Assembly (NCBI GenBank): GCA_964291415.2
Contig: OZ219920.1
Location: 1,592,571-1,656,570, forward strand
DNA: 64,000 nt
Source: Alphaproteobacteria bacterium
Lineage (GTDB): Bacteria; Pseudomonadota; Alphaproteobacteria; SP197
Direction: 5' to 3'
Within the stretch, counting starts at the first letter, position 1, and each line of letters opens with the position of its first letter. Below are positions 1 through 10,038 of this stretch, in pieces. The notes beneath the pieces were generated by a model. It searched no databases. It had not been told where the DNA came from and worked only from the letters and a program-made list of their open reading frames with translations. The position numbers were made by a program, and so were the translations under genes.

Positions 1-117
1 TCCGGGAAGAGTGCGCCACGGATCGACCCGGTCTTTGCGAATCCCGTCATGGCGCACCGCCGGACTTCACGTTCCGGCGCGGGATGGAATAGATTGCGGC
101 ATCGACGGGAGGTGACG

Positions 118-1341
118 ATGAAGGCACACGACATCCCTGCGGTGGATGACCTGATCGCCCGGCAACGACCCGGCTTCACCCTGGAACAGCCGTTCTACCG
201 GGATCCCGGGATCTTCAGGCGGGACATGGAGAGGGTCGTTTCGAGATCCTGGCTCTATGTCGCCCACGAGAGCGAGATTCCCTCGAGGGGCGACTACCTT
301 GTCTACCGGGTCGGCGAGGAGTCGATCATCCTGGTGCGTGGCCGTGATCTTGAGGTTCGCGCCTTCTTCAATGTCTGCCGTCATCGCGGCAGCCATATCT
401 GCCTCGAGGAACGCGGCAACGCCGGCAAGCTCGTGTGCCCCTATCATGCCTGGACCTACGATCTCGACGGACGCCTCATCGCCGCTCGTTCCATGCCTCA
501 AGGATTCGACAAGGCGGACTATCCACTCCATGGGTGCTCGGTCCGGGTGGCCCAGGGTCTCATCTTCATTTGCCTCGCCGGCGCCGATGATCCGCATGTC
601 GCAGACTTCAGCGGCATTGCCGATCTGCTCGAGTCCTATGCCGGGCTGCATCGTCTGAAGGACACGAAGATCGTGCACCGCGAGGTCTATCCGACCTACG
701 CCAACTGGAAACTCGTCGTCGACAACTTCCGCGAGTGCTATCACTGCTCGCCGGCACACCCCGAGTACACGATGGTCAACGCCTACGTGAAGGCGCACGA
801 CCGCGGTCCCGAGACCTACCGTCCGGCGGTGGATTCCTGGGTCGAAAGGACGAGGAAGCTCGGTCACCCCGTGGACTCGTCGAATGGCGACATCGGCGAC
901 CCGCGCCAGCCTCACAGCGTCTGGCGCCAACCCATTCGGGAGGGCTATCTGACGCTTTCCGAAAACGGGCAGCCCGTCGCCCCCCTGCTTGGCGCCCTGG
1001 AACACTGGGACGGTGGCGAGACTGCCTTCACCCTCGGACCGCTGTCCTATGCCTACCTGTGTGCCGATCATCTCACGATGTTCCGCTTCACGCCTGTCAC
1101 GCCGGAGTTCAGCGAGGTGCTCGTGACCTGGCACGTTCGCGCCGATGCCGACCTGGACCGGGACGTTGATCTCAAGCGCCTGATCTGGATGTGGGACGTC
1201 ACGACCATCGAGGACACGAAGATCATCATCGACAACCAGAAGGGCGTGAACTCCACCCGCTACGCGCCGGGACCCTATGCAACGCTGGAAGACTACTCGG
1301 CGGCCTTCACCGACTGGTACCTCGAGCGCATCGCGTCCTGA
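118..1341 (+). CDS. Rieske non-heme iron oxygenase alpha subunit (GbcA/stachydrine-demethylase-like)
   Basis: Intact Rieske motifs CRHRG and CPYHAW; mononuclear site NWK..DNFRECYHCSPAH; GGGAGG SD before ATG 118. Confidence 0.9.
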   Translation: MKAHDIPAVDDLIARQRPGFTLEQPFYRDPGIFRRDMERVVSRSWLYVAHESEIPSRGDYLVYRVGEESIILVRGRDLEVRAFFNVCRHRGSHICLEERGNAGKLVCPYHAWTYDLDGRLIAARSMPQGFDKADYPLHGCSVRVAQGLIFICLAGADDPHVADFSGIADLLESYAGLHRLKDTKIVHREVYPTYANWKLVVDNFRECYHCSPAHPEYTMVNAYVKAHDRGPETYRPAVDSWVERTRKLGHPVDSSNGDIGDPRQPHSVWRQPIREGYLTLSENGQPVAPLLGALEHWDGGETAFTLGPLSYAYLCADHLTMFRFTPVTPEFSEVLVTWHVRADADLDRDVDLKRLIWMWDVTTIEDTKIIIDNQKGVNSTRYAPGPYATLEDYSAAFTDWYLERIAS

Positions 1342-1343
1342 GC

Positions 1344-1733
1344 CTACCCGGTCCTTGCGGCCTGATATCTCGAATGCAGGGTCGCCGGATCCTCTTCCGG
1401 CGGAAGTTCCGCCCGCACCCGGGCCGGAAGTGCGGAGCGCACGATACGGTAGGAAACGGCGAGGCGCTGCCACAGCAGGTCTTCCGCACAGTCGAAAGGC
1501 AGGTTGATCCACGAGCGGTGGAAGTACCGCGCTTTCCTGCCGACACCCGCATCGATCAGCATCGTCGCCGTTTCGATGCTGTCGGTCTTGACGGAAACAC
1601 CCTCATCGGATGCCCCCATGCAGGCAAACATCTTGCCGCCAACCTTCCAGGCATCATGGCCGTCTCCCCAGGGGTCCGTGTCCTCCGCCCCCGGAAAAAC
1701 TGAACACATCGCATTGATCGTCGCCCGGCTCAT
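1344..1733 (-). CDS. MmcQ/YjbR family DNA-binding protein
   Basis: C-terminal 129 aa of track ORF 1344..2825: MSRATINAMC..PWGDGHDAWKVGGKMFA..ARYFHRSWI; GAGG SD upstream. Confidence 0.8.
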   Translation of the reverse strand: MSRATINAMCSVFPGAEDTDPWGDGHDAWKVGGKMFACMGASDEGVSVKTDSIETATMLIDAGVGRKARYFHRSWINLPFDCAEDLLWQRLAVSYRIVRSALPARVRAELPPEEDPATLHSRYQAARTG

Positions 1734-1853
1734 GTCCTCTCGACCCCGCCTTGTCATCCGCAGGTCCAATACACCCTCAGGGATGTGGGAGCGACTCGCA
1801 ATGCCCGAGGAACGAGGGCACACTTGCCATCTCATGTAACGTGACGACAGGAG

Positions 1854-2783
1854 TTGAATGTTATGGGAATTGCAAGAACGTTGCTGTCTGCTGCCGGCGC
1901 GGCCCTCATGTTCACGGGTCCGGCCATCGCGGATGTGCCGGAGTCGGAGAGAACGATCATTGCGCCGCTGCACAACTGGACCGGCGCCCAGATTTCCTCG
2001 GCCGTTTCGGGAGAGATTCTGCGACGCATGGGCTACAATGTCGAGTATGTGGCGATCTCCGCGCTGTCCGCACCTCAGGGCATCGCCGACGGCGAGATCA
2101 GCTATGCGCCCGAGTTGTGGAGCAACAACCTGGGTGACGTCTATCCGATCATGATCGAGAAGGGCGACATCGTCGACATCGGCGATCTGGGTCTCGATGC
2201 CCGGGAAGGATGGCTGTATCCGCTCTACCTCGAGGAGGAGTGTCCGGGCCTTCCGGCCTGGGAGGCCTTCCTTGACTGTTCCGAACTCTTCGCCACCGCC
2301 GAGACCATTCCCAACGGCCGTTTCCTCGACTACCCGTCGGAATGGCGCAGTCGCGCCGGCGATCTCATTCGTGAGCAGGGGCTTCCGTTCGACGTGGTTC
2401 CCGCGGGCAGTGAAGGAACGATGATCGCGGAACTCAATTCGGCGGTGGAACGCAAGGCACCGCTCGTCATGATGTTCTGGGCCCCGCACTGGGTGCTCTC
2501 CGTTCACGAGACCGGATGGATCGACATTCCCGAGGACCTGGTGAACCAGTACAGCCTGCACAAGCCGCGTATCTTCAAGGTCGTGTGGCCCGGCATCCAC
2601 GATGAATGGCCGGTAGCCGCCCGATTCCTGGAGACATTCACCATCGACAACAGATCCCAGGAAATCATGATGGATCTGATCGACAACCAGCAACAGGATC
2701 TCATCGAGGTGACGAACCAGTGGCTCGACGACAACGTGGATGTCTGGCAGCCGATGGTCGACGCCGCCATGGCAGGGTCCTGA
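1854..2783 (+). CDS. Glycine betaine/proline-type ABC transporter substrate-binding protein (ProX/OpuAC-like)
   Basis: Signal peptide; NWTG, PELW, REGWLYP, FWAPHW motifs; AGGAG SD. Confidence 0.85.
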   Translation: MNVMGIARTLLSAAGAALMFTGPAIADVPESERTIIAPLHNWTGAQISSAVSGEILRRMGYNVEYVAISALSAPQGIADGEISYAPELWSNNLGDVYPIMIEKGDIVDIGDLGLDAREGWLYPLYLEEECPGLPAWEAFLDCSELFATAETIPNGRFLDYPSEWRSRAGDLIREQGLPFDVVPAGSEGTMIAELNSAVERKAPLVMMFWAPHWVLSVHETGWIDIPEDLVNQYSLHKPRIFKVVWPGIHDEWPVAARFLETFTIDNRSQEIMMDLIDNQQQDLIEVTNQWLDDNVDVWQPMVDAAMAGS

Positions 2784-2800
2784 TCTCCTCTTGACGCAAG

Positions 2801-2826
2801 AGTGCCGGGGCTCGCGCCCCGGCACT
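2801..2826. terminator. GC-rich hairpin between convergent genes, probable bidirectional terminator
   Basis: AGTGCCGGGGC-TCGC-GCCCCGGCACT, perfect 11-bp stem; no U-tract. Confidence 0.55.
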
Positions 2827-2841
2827 GCCTCGTGGTCCGGG

Positions 2842-4242
2842 TCAGGGAAACTTCAGTCCGCCCGGCATGTCGATGCCGGACAACGGGTTCCCGGAATCAG
2901 GCAACTCGAAGCCGGGCGGGAGCTGGCCCTTCTTCGCCATCTTGCGGACCTTTTTCATGCTGCCGTTCATCTGGGCATGCATTTTCATGACCCTGTTGAC
3001 ATCCTGGATACGGGTGCCGGAACCGGCAGCGATGCGCTTCTTGCGGCTTGCGTGAATGATGCGCGGATCGCGGCGCTCTGCGGGCGTCATCGATGAGAGG
3101 ATCGCCTCGATGCGTCCAAGGGCGGACTCGTCGAGCTTTGAAGACTCCATCTCCCGGCGCGCCCGGGCAACGCCGGGCAGCAATCCGAGAAGTCCCTGCA
3201 TGCCGCCCATCCGGCGAAGATGCGATATCTGCAGGCGCAGATCGTCGAAGTCGAACCCCTGCCCGGACTCCATCTTCCTTGCCAGCTTCTGCGCATCCTC
3301 CTCTTCCACGACCCTGGCAGCCTTCTCCACCAGGCTGACGACATCGCCCATGCCGAGAATCTGGCCGGCCAGGCGATCAGGGTGGAAGGGTTCGAGCTGG
3401 TCGAGCTGTTCGCCGGTTCCCATCAGCTTGATGGGACACCCGGTGACCTGGCGCATCGAGAGCGCCGCCCCTCCGCGGGCATCGCCGTCTATCCGGGTCA
3501 GGACGATTCCGGTCACGCCGGCGCTCTCGTGGAAGGACCTGGCGCTGTTGACCGCATCCTGCCCGGTCATGGCATCCGCCACGAACAGCACTTCGTGGGG
3601 CGAGGCCAGCTCCCTGACGCTGGCCAACTCCTCCATCAGTTCGTCGTCGATGTGGAGTCTGCCCGCGGTATCGAGGAGAACGACATCGGTGGCGCTGCGC
3701 CGCGCTGCCTTGAGGGCGCGCCGGGCAATGGCAAGGGGACCTTCTCCGGCAACGATCGGCAGGGTCGCGACCCCCGACTGTTCGCCAAGAACCGCCAACT
3801 GTTCCTGGGCCGCCGGACGGCGGACATCGAGGGAAGCCATGAGGACTTTTCTCCTCCCCTCCCCTTCCTGGAGCCAGCGCCCGATCTTGGCCGTGGTCGT
3901 GGTCTTTCCGGAACCCTGGAGACCGACCAGCATCATGGCGACGGGGGGATTACCCGCCAGATCAAGTTCGGTGGTTTCTGACCCGAGCGTTTCCACGAGA
4001 TGGTCATGCACGAGCTTGATGACCTGCTGGGCCGGATTGACGCCCCGCAGCCTCTCGGCACCACGTGACCGCTCGCGCACCGTCTCGACGAACTGCCTGG
4101 CGACAGAGAGTGCGACATCGGCCTCGAGCAGGGCGGCCCGCACTTCTCGCAGCGCAGCGTCAATGTCGCTTTCGCGCAGGGAACTCTTGTGCCGCAGTCG
4201 GGTGAAGATTCCCTCGAGATTGCTGGCAAGCCTGTCGAACAT
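2842..4242 (-). CDS. ffh: Signal recognition particle protein Ffh
   Basis: GLQGSGKTT, DTAGR, TRIDGDARGG, M-domain SMTPAER..SRKKRIAAGSG. Confidence 0.97.
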   Translation of the reverse strand: MFDRLASNLEGIFTRLRHKSSLRESDIDAALREVRAALLEADVALSVARQFVETVRERSRGAERLRGVNPAQQVIKLVHDHLVETLGSETTELDLAGNPPVAMMLVGLQGSGKTTTTAKIGRWLQEGEGRRKVLMASLDVRRPAAQEQLAVLGEQSGVATLPIVAGEGPLAIARRALKAARRSATDVVLLDTAGRLHIDDELMEELASVRELASPHEVLFVADAMTGQDAVNSARSFHESAGVTGIVLTRIDGDARGGAALSMRQVTGCPIKLMGTGEQLDQLEPFHPDRLAGQILGMGDVVSLVEKAARVVEEEDAQKLARKMESGQGFDFDDLRLQISHLRRMGGMQGLLGLLPGVARARREMESSKLDESALGRIEAILSSMTPAERRDPRIIHASRKKRIAAGSGTRIQDVNRVMKMHAQMNGSMKKVRKMAKKGQLPPGFELPDSGNPLSGIDMPGGLKFP

Positions 4243-4260
4243 GGGACGCCCCCTGGGACT

Positions 4261-4743
4261 TCAGGTCTCTTCCCGGACCATCCGGTAATGAAAATCGCAG
4301 TGGTCCGCACCCTGCATGATGGTCTGCGTACGGCGCAGACGGATACGCGGATCATATCCTGTCGCAAATGTCGCGTCGCGATTGCAGGAGAGTTCGAAAC
4401 CGATTTCGGCCAACCCCATCTCCGTGTACATCTCCGCATAGCGGCACCGCGTGACACGATAGACGTGCTCGTCATCCGAGCTGTGCGTGACCTCGGTCTC
4501 AAGGGCGCCATCGGCGTCCCAGAGATGCTGGAAGGACAGAAATCCGCGGATTCCTCCGGGGCCCCCGTTCCTCTCTGCGAACTCGCGTCCCTCGGCGATG
4601 GCCGCCTCGACGATCGCCGAAGAGAGGATGCGGCGCGCCCCGGCCTCGCCAATCTCGGCCTTCATGGCCTGCCAGAGCGGCCTGACAACTTCGGCCTGGA
4701 TTCGCCGCCTTTCGAGAACCGGCAGGCGATTGAGCGTCGTCAT
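4261..4743 (-). CDS. L-2-amino-thiazoline-4-carboxylic acid hydrolase family protein
   Basis: Family motifs LERRRIQAE, VTRCRYAE, LSCNRD, RTQTIMQGADHCDF; GAGGTG SD. Confidence 0.8.
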   Translation of the reverse strand: MTTLNRLPVLERRRIQAEVVRPLWQAMKAEIGEAGARRILSSAIVEAAIAEGREFAERNGGPGGIRGFLSFQHLWDADGALETEVTHSSDDEHVYRVTRCRYAEMYTEMGLAEIGFELSCNRDATFATGYDPRIRLRRTQTIMQGADHCDFHYRMVREET

Positions 4744-4810
4744 TGAAGTCACCTCGTCTGCCGGGCGGGGCATGGACGCCCGCAGCGTGCAGCCCTATAT
4801 AGCAACAGCC

Positions 4811-5638
4811 ATGGATCCTGTCAGTTTCGTCAAGATGCACGGCCTGGGCAACGACTTCGTCATCATCGACGCTCGGGATCGTGCCGCGCCGCTTCCCGCC
4901 TGCGCAATCCGCACCATTGCGGATCGCCGCATCGGCGTGGGATGCGACCAGCTCATCCGCCTCGAACCTTCGCTCACGGGCGATGCCTTCATGCGCATCT
5001 GGAACCCGGACGGCAGCGAGGCCGAGGCCTGCGGCAACGGAACCCGCTGCGTCGCCAGACTGCTCATGGAAGAGACCGGAAGGGACGATGCCGGGATCGA
5101 AACCCGGTCCGGCTTGCTGAAGGCGCGCCGGCGCGGAGACGAGACGTTCGACGTCGACATGGGTGAACCACGGCTTGGCTGGCAGGACATCCCGTTGGCA
5201 ACGTCATCGGACACGCTTCATGTGGATCTCGGCGATGTCGCGCCGTCGCCCGCCACCTGTGTCAGCATGGGCAATCCCCATGCGGTCCTTTTCGTCGAGG
5301 ACTGCGATGCGGTCGACCTCGGAACGACCGGACCGCTGCTCGAACGACACTCTCTCTTCCCGCGCCGGGCCAACATCAGCTTTGCCACGGTCGAGACAGA
5401 CTCGAGAGTGCGCGCACGGGTCTGGGAGCGGGGAGCCGGCGCGACGCGCGCCTGCGGTTCCGCCGCTTGTGCCATCGCCGTCGCCGGCCACCGGCGCGGC
5501 CTCACCCTGCGTCGTGTGACCGTGGCCCTGCCCGGCGGCGACCTCGACCTCGATTGGCATGAAAACGGACATGTTCACATGACCGGACCCGCCAGCCTCG
5601 TGTGCAGGGGGGCGCTCATGCCGGAGGTCATGGCATGA
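4811..5638 (+). CDS. dapF: Diaminopimelate epimerase
   Basis: KMHGLGNDF, EACGNGTRC, SMGNPH, ERGAGATRACGS. Confidence 0.96.
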   Translation: MDPVSFVKMHGLGNDFVIIDARDRAAPLPACAIRTIADRRIGVGCDQLIRLEPSLTGDAFMRIWNPDGSEAEACGNGTRCVARLLMEETGRDDAGIETRSGLLKARRRGDETFDVDMGEPRLGWQDIPLATSSDTLHVDLGDVAPSPATCVSMGNPHAVLFVEDCDAVDLGTTGPLLERHSLFPRRANISFATVETDSRVRARVWERGAGATRACGSAACAIAVAGHRRGLTLRRVTVALPGGDLDLDWHENGHVHMTGPASLVCRGALMPEVMA

Positions 5639-6831
5639 GCCACGTGGTGAACTTCGGCTGCCGGCTCAACGCCCGGGAGGCGGGCGTCATGTCCCGTCAC
5701 CTGGAATCGGGCGGCGTGGAGAACACGATTGTCGTCAACACCTGCGCCGTGACCTCCGAAGCCGAGCGTCAGGCTCGCCAGATGGTGCGCCGGCTGCGCC
5801 GTGAGCATCCATCGGCCACCATCGTCGCCACCGGCTGCGCCAGCGAAATCGACCGCCAGGCGTGGGCCGCCATGCCGGAGATCGATCGTATCGTGGCCAA
5901 TGCTCTCAAGACCCGCCGCGAGACGTGGACCACGGCCCCGGCCGCTCCGCAGCCCGTCTCTCCTGCAACGAAGGCCCGGACCCCTGTCGAGATACAGAAC
6001 GGCTGTGATCATCACTGCACCTTCTGCATCATCCCCCGCGGTCGCGGCCCCTCGAGAAGCCGTCCGGCCGAGGATGTCGTCAACGATGTTCGCGAGATCG
6101 TCTCATCCGGGTGCAACGAGGTGGTGCTGACCGGAGTCGACATCACGGCATGGGGCCAGGATTTCCCGGACCGGCCCCGCCTCGGCAACCTTGTCCGCGC
6201 CATCCTCGCCGGCGTTCCTGAACTGCCGCGGCTGAGACTGACCAGCCTCGACGTCGCGGAGGTCGATGAGGCGCTCCTCGATGCGATCGCCTGCGAGGAG
6301 CGCCTCATGCCCCACCTCCACCTGTCGCTTCAGGCGGGTGATCCGATGATTCTCAAGCGCATGAGACGCCGTCACACGCCGCAGGACGCAGTCGGCTTCT
6401 GCCGGAAGGTGCGCCGGTTGCGTCCCGAGATCGTGTTCGGCGCCGATCTGATTGCCGGATTTCCCACCGAGTCCGAAGACATGTTCGCCAACACCCTGGC
6501 CCACGTGGACGACTGTGGCCTGACATGGCTCCATGTCTTTCCCTATTCCGAGCGGCCCGGCACACCTGCAGCGAGAATGCCGTCTCTTCCTCGCCAGGTG
6601 AGAAAGGAGCGCGCGGCAAGGCTGCGCGAGGCCGGTGCGGCTGCCGCTGTCGACTTTCTCGACTCTCTCGTTGGCACCAGATCGTCCGTCCTCGTCGAAT
6701 CCCCGGGAAGAGGCCGCACAGAACACTACGCCCCGGTGGCGACGCGAGCGGATCTTGCGGCGGGCAGCATCCATTCATTCGTCCTCGCCGGACGCGACGG
6801 TGACCGGCTCCTCACGGAACCCTGCTCGTGA
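5635..6831 (+). CDS. mtaB: tRNA t6A37 methylthiotransferase MtaB (radical SAM)
   Basis: FGCRLN, NTCAVT, radical-SAM CDHHCTFC; ATGA overlap with dapF; dapF-mtaB-ftsY order. Confidence 0.92.
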   Translation: MSHVVNFGCRLNAREAGVMSRHLESGGVENTIVVNTCAVTSEAERQARQMVRRLRREHPSATIVATGCASEIDRQAWAAMPEIDRIVANALKTRRETWTTAPAAPQPVSPATKARTPVEIQNGCDHHCTFCIIPRGRGPSRSRPAEDVVNDVREIVSSGCNEVVLTGVDITAWGQDFPDRPRLGNLVRAILAGVPELPRLRLTSLDVAEVDEALLDAIACEERLMPHLHLSLQAGDPMILKRMRRRHTPQDAVGFCRKVRRLRPEIVFGADLIAGFPTESEDMFANTLAHVDDCGLTWLHVFPYSERPGTPAARMPSLPRQVRKERAARLREAGAAAAVDFLDSLVGTRSSVLVESPGRGRTEHYAPVATRADLAAGSIHSFVLAGRDGDRLLTEPCS

Positions 6832-7751
6832 GCCGGGACGGCTGGCTCGCCCGGCTGCGGGCCGGGCTCACGCGCTCCTCGGACAGGTTGAGGGATTCGA
6901 TCGGTGCGATCGTCAACGCCAGGAAGCTCGACAGTGCCGCCCTCGAAGACCTTGAGGACGCGCTGATCGAGGGCGACATCGGCGTCGCCACGGCGGCCAC
7001 CCTGGTGGCGGAATTGTCGCGCCGGCGGTTCAACCGCCAGGTGACGGACGAGGAGGTGCGCGGTGACCTGGCCGAACACATCGCCCGCATTCTCGAGCCG
7101 CTTGCCGTACCCTTGTGTCCCGATCCCGCCAATCGTCCCCATGTCGTTCTCGTGATGGGGGTCAACGGGACAGGAAAGACCACGACGATCGGCAAGCTCG
7201 CGCAGCACCACCGGGAGAAGGGTCTCGCCGTGGTGCTGGCCGCCGGCGACACGTTTCGGGCGGCAGCCATCGAGCAGCTCGGGATCTGGGGCCAGAGAAC
7301 CGGCGCCATCGTGGTGAGCGGCAAGGAGGGCGGCGATCCCGCGGCCCTCGCCTACACCGCCTACGAGACGGCGCAATCGCGCGATGCGGACCTCCTTGTC
7401 GTCGACACGGCCGGCCGCCTCCACAACAAGCGCCACTTGATGGACGAACTGGTCAAGATCCGGCGGGTCCTGGGCAAACTGAATGCCGATGCACCACACG
7501 ACCGGATACTCGTCGTCGATGCAACCACCGGCCAGAACGCCCACGCTCAGGTCGAAACCTTCCGTGAGGCGTGCGACATCACCGGACTGATCGTCACCAA
7601 GCTCGACGGATCGGCACGGGGAGGTGTCGTCGTTGGCCTGGGTGAACGATTCCAGCTCCCCGTGCACGCCATAGGCGTCGGCGAAGGGGCCGATGACCTC
7701 AGGCCCTTCGAGGCGCGGGAGTACGCCCGCTCTCTCATGGGGCTTTCCTGA
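6828..7751 (+). CDS. ftsY: SRP receptor FtsY
   Basis: [40 protein letters not shown]. Confidence 0.96.
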   Translation: MSRDGWLARLRAGLTRSSDRLRDSIGAIVNARKLDSAALEDLEDALIEGDIGVATAATLVAELSRRRFNRQVTDEEVRGDLAEHIARILEPLAVPLCPDPANRPHVVLVMGVNGTGKTTTIGKLAQHHREKGLAVVLAAGDTFRAAAIEQLGIWGQRTGAIVVSGKEGGDPAALAYTAYETAQSRDADLLVVDTAGRLHNKRHLMDELVKIRRVLGKLNADAPHDRILVVDATTGQNAHAQVETFREACDITGLIVTKLDGSARGGVVVGLGERFQLPVHAIGVGEGADDLRPFEAREYARSLMGLS

Positions 7752-7802
7752 CCAACCCGGGACTGCTATTCGTCAGCCTCCATTCAACCGGACAGGGCGC
7801 GC

Positions 7803-8399
7803 ATGACAAAACCGGAGCCGTCTGAAGACGAGCGGGATCCCAAGGACAGGACTGCCGCAGCGGCGAAAATCCTCTTCGACTCCCGCATGATCCTGCTCTT
7901 CGGCGAGATCAACGAAAAGGTGGCGCGCGAGACAACCGCGCAGCTCCTGGCTCTGAGCGAACTCTCGCATGAACCCGTGCGCCTGGTGATCAGCTCACCG
8001 GGAGGTCATGTCGAGTCGGGCGATGCCATTCACGACATGATCCGCTTTGTTGGCGCTCCCGTGACGGTCATCGGAACCGGCTGGGTGGCCAGTGCCGGTG
8101 TGCACATCTACCTTGGCGCGGCGCAGGAGAGGCGCTACTGCACGCCCAACACCCGGTTCCTCCTCCACCAGCCCATGGGCGGCATTGGCGGCAGTGCCGT
8201 CGACATGGAGATCGAGGCCCGGGAGATCCTGAAGATGCGCGACCGCCTCAACCGCATCATTGCCAGCGAAACAGGGCAGTCGCTCGAGCAAGTGGCGCGG
8301 GACACGGACCGCAACCACTGGCTCAGTCCCGAAGAGGCCCGAGACTACGGTATCGTCAGCCACATCGTGTCAGGAATCGACGACGTCAACGGAGGTTGA
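7803..8399 (+). CDS. clpP: ATP-dependent Clp protease proteolytic subunit (ClpP2-type paralogue)
   Basis: SSPGG, VASAG (Ser), LHQP (His), DTDRNHW; no tig or clpX adjacent. Confidence 0.9.
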   Translation: MTKPEPSEDERDPKDRTAAAAKILFDSRMILLFGEINEKVARETTAQLLALSELSHEPVRLVISSPGGHVESGDAIHDMIRFVGAPVTVIGTGWVASAGVHIYLGAAQERRYCTPNTRFLLHQPMGGIGGSAVDMEIEAREILKMRDRLNRIIASETGQSLEQVARDTDRNHWLSPEEARDYGIVSHIVSGIDDVNGG

Positions 8400-8573
8400 C
8401 GCGTTCCCCGACGGCTGAATCGCGCCTCTTCGGCGGCCGCGTCCAGCCTGTAAGAACCCGGGAACACCAGCATTGGTTGGGTCGTCGCGGGTGACATCCG
8501 CATCGAACCGATTCTTCCATGAGTCGGCCCCCGAGAACACCGGCCAGTCTCCGGGTTTCCGGCAGGCGAGCGG

Positions 8574-9755
8574 TCAGGGAATGGTCTTGTCCAGTCCGCG
8601 CGGAATTCGCTTTTCCCTGTCGTAGAACGGCAGGGCGACAATCTCGCAATCTGCGGTACCGCCGGCCTCGGTCTGCACCTGCAGGCTCCTGCCGATCCAC
8701 TCCCCGGCCGCATCGAACCGGACATAACCGATGCCCAGATCAAGAGTCGGCGACCAGGCCGCTGCCGTCACGTGACCAACGGGCCGACCGTTCTCCTTCA
8801 CCGCCCCGCGGTATCCGGGCGTTGCAGTCCTGCATTCCAGCCCAAGCAGGCGAACCCGGCGATCGGCGTTCCTCAACGCTTCCAGTCCGACGAAATCGTC
8901 CTTGTCCATGTGGATGAAAGGGCCCAGCCCCGCCGCGAACGGCGTCATCGTGTGATCGAAATCGGTGAGGTTGTCGAGAATCCCCGCTTCGATCCTGCGA
9001 ATCTCCATCGAGGCGGCGCTGCCATAGACCATGCCATGGTCTCTTCCGGCTTCCATCACGTCGCTGAAGAGCCTGTGATGATCCGTGGGCCGGTCGATGG
9101 AGGTCTCGGTGCCCACCGAATAGATCTCGTAGCCAAGCTCGCCCGTCCAGCCTGTCCGCGATACGTACAGCCGCTGGCCCCCTACGTGGAAGTATCCGGA
9201 CCTGAAGTACTTCAGGTTTTCGTCGATGCCGCCATCGGTGAGCGCCGAGAGAACTTTCAGCGAGTTTGGACCCTGAACCTGAAGTACCCGGCCCTTTGGA
9301 TCCGAAATCGTGACGTCGTACCCCTTGCTCAGGGCCCAGACCCAGGTCCGAAAATGGCCATCCGGCTGAATGTACCAGAACACGTCATCGGTCATCCGGA
9401 ACAGGATGCCGTCCATGAACGTGCCGCCGTCATGGGTGCAGGCAATGGCATAGAGCCCGCGACCTTCCTTCAGGGTTGAGACTTTCCTGGCAATAATCCT
9501 GTCCAGGAATGCCATCGCGTCCGGACCTTCGATCTGCCAGGGCTTTTCGGGCACATCGTAAAGCACGGCCCGACGGCGCAGGTTCCAGTATGTCTCGACC
9601 GGATCCTCGCCAATGTAGACCTTGTAGTACCGCTCAGCGTAAACGCCCATGACCGTCGCCGGACTTTCGTGACAGTCGTGAAACGGCGACAGGTCAAACC
9701 TCCGTGAGCTGACACGAACGGTGTTGTATGCGTCGGCATGAATGGAACTCGACAT
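8574..9755 (-). CDS. GcvT/DmdA-like aminomethyltransferase family protein (THF-dependent demethylase)
   Basis: VQGPNS, SRTGWTGELGYEIY, RIEAG, C-terminal LPFYD.EK. Confidence 0.85.
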   Translation of the reverse strand: MSSSIHADAYNTVRVSSRRFDLSPFHDCHESPATVMGVYAERYYKVYIGEDPVETYWNLRRRAVLYDVPEKPWQIEGPDAMAFLDRIIARKVSTLKEGRGLYAIACTHDGGTFMDGILFRMTDDVFWYIQPDGHFRTWVWALSKGYDVTISDPKGRVLQVQGPNSLKVLSALTDGGIDENLKYFRSGYFHVGGQRLYVSRTGWTGELGYEIYSVGTETSIDRPTDHHRLFSDVMEAGRDHGMVYGSAASMEIRRIEAGILDNLTDFDHTMTPFAAGLGPFIHMDKDDFVGLEALRNADRRVRLLGLECRTATPGYRGAVKENGRPVGHVTAAAWSPTLDLGIGYVRFDAAGEWIGRSLQVQTEAGGTADCEIVALPFYDREKRIPRGLDKTIP

Positions 9756-10038
9756 CTCTCTCATTCTTCTCGTTGTCGGCTCAGGATAACGGAATGTCGC
9801 TCCTTCGGCGGGACTCGCATCCCTGACCATGCACAGCAGACTGGTTCGAATGTGGCCCTCGATACCGGGGTCTCCAGGACGTCGCTGTCCTCACCCCGGG
9901 CCATGGCCTCGCGGACACTGGAGTCGCTCGGATGTTCTCCGGTGGGCGAGGTACTGTCGCCTCCGGCGCCACAGGGCCACCGGACCGCTCGCATCGGGAT
10001 GGCGCGTGCAAAGACTCCGGGAAACACATGCCGATTCC

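Noticed and set aside
1344-2825. 493-aa minus-strand ORF
   Set aside because: Only the last 129 aa (YjbR-like) look real; the rest is antisense to the SBP gene.
9756-10038. Possible glycine riboswitch upstream of the GcvT-like gene (minus-strand CGCCGAAGGAGC)
   Set aside because: The flanking GGAGA and CUCUCAGG elements are not found; a covariance-model search would be needed to revive it.
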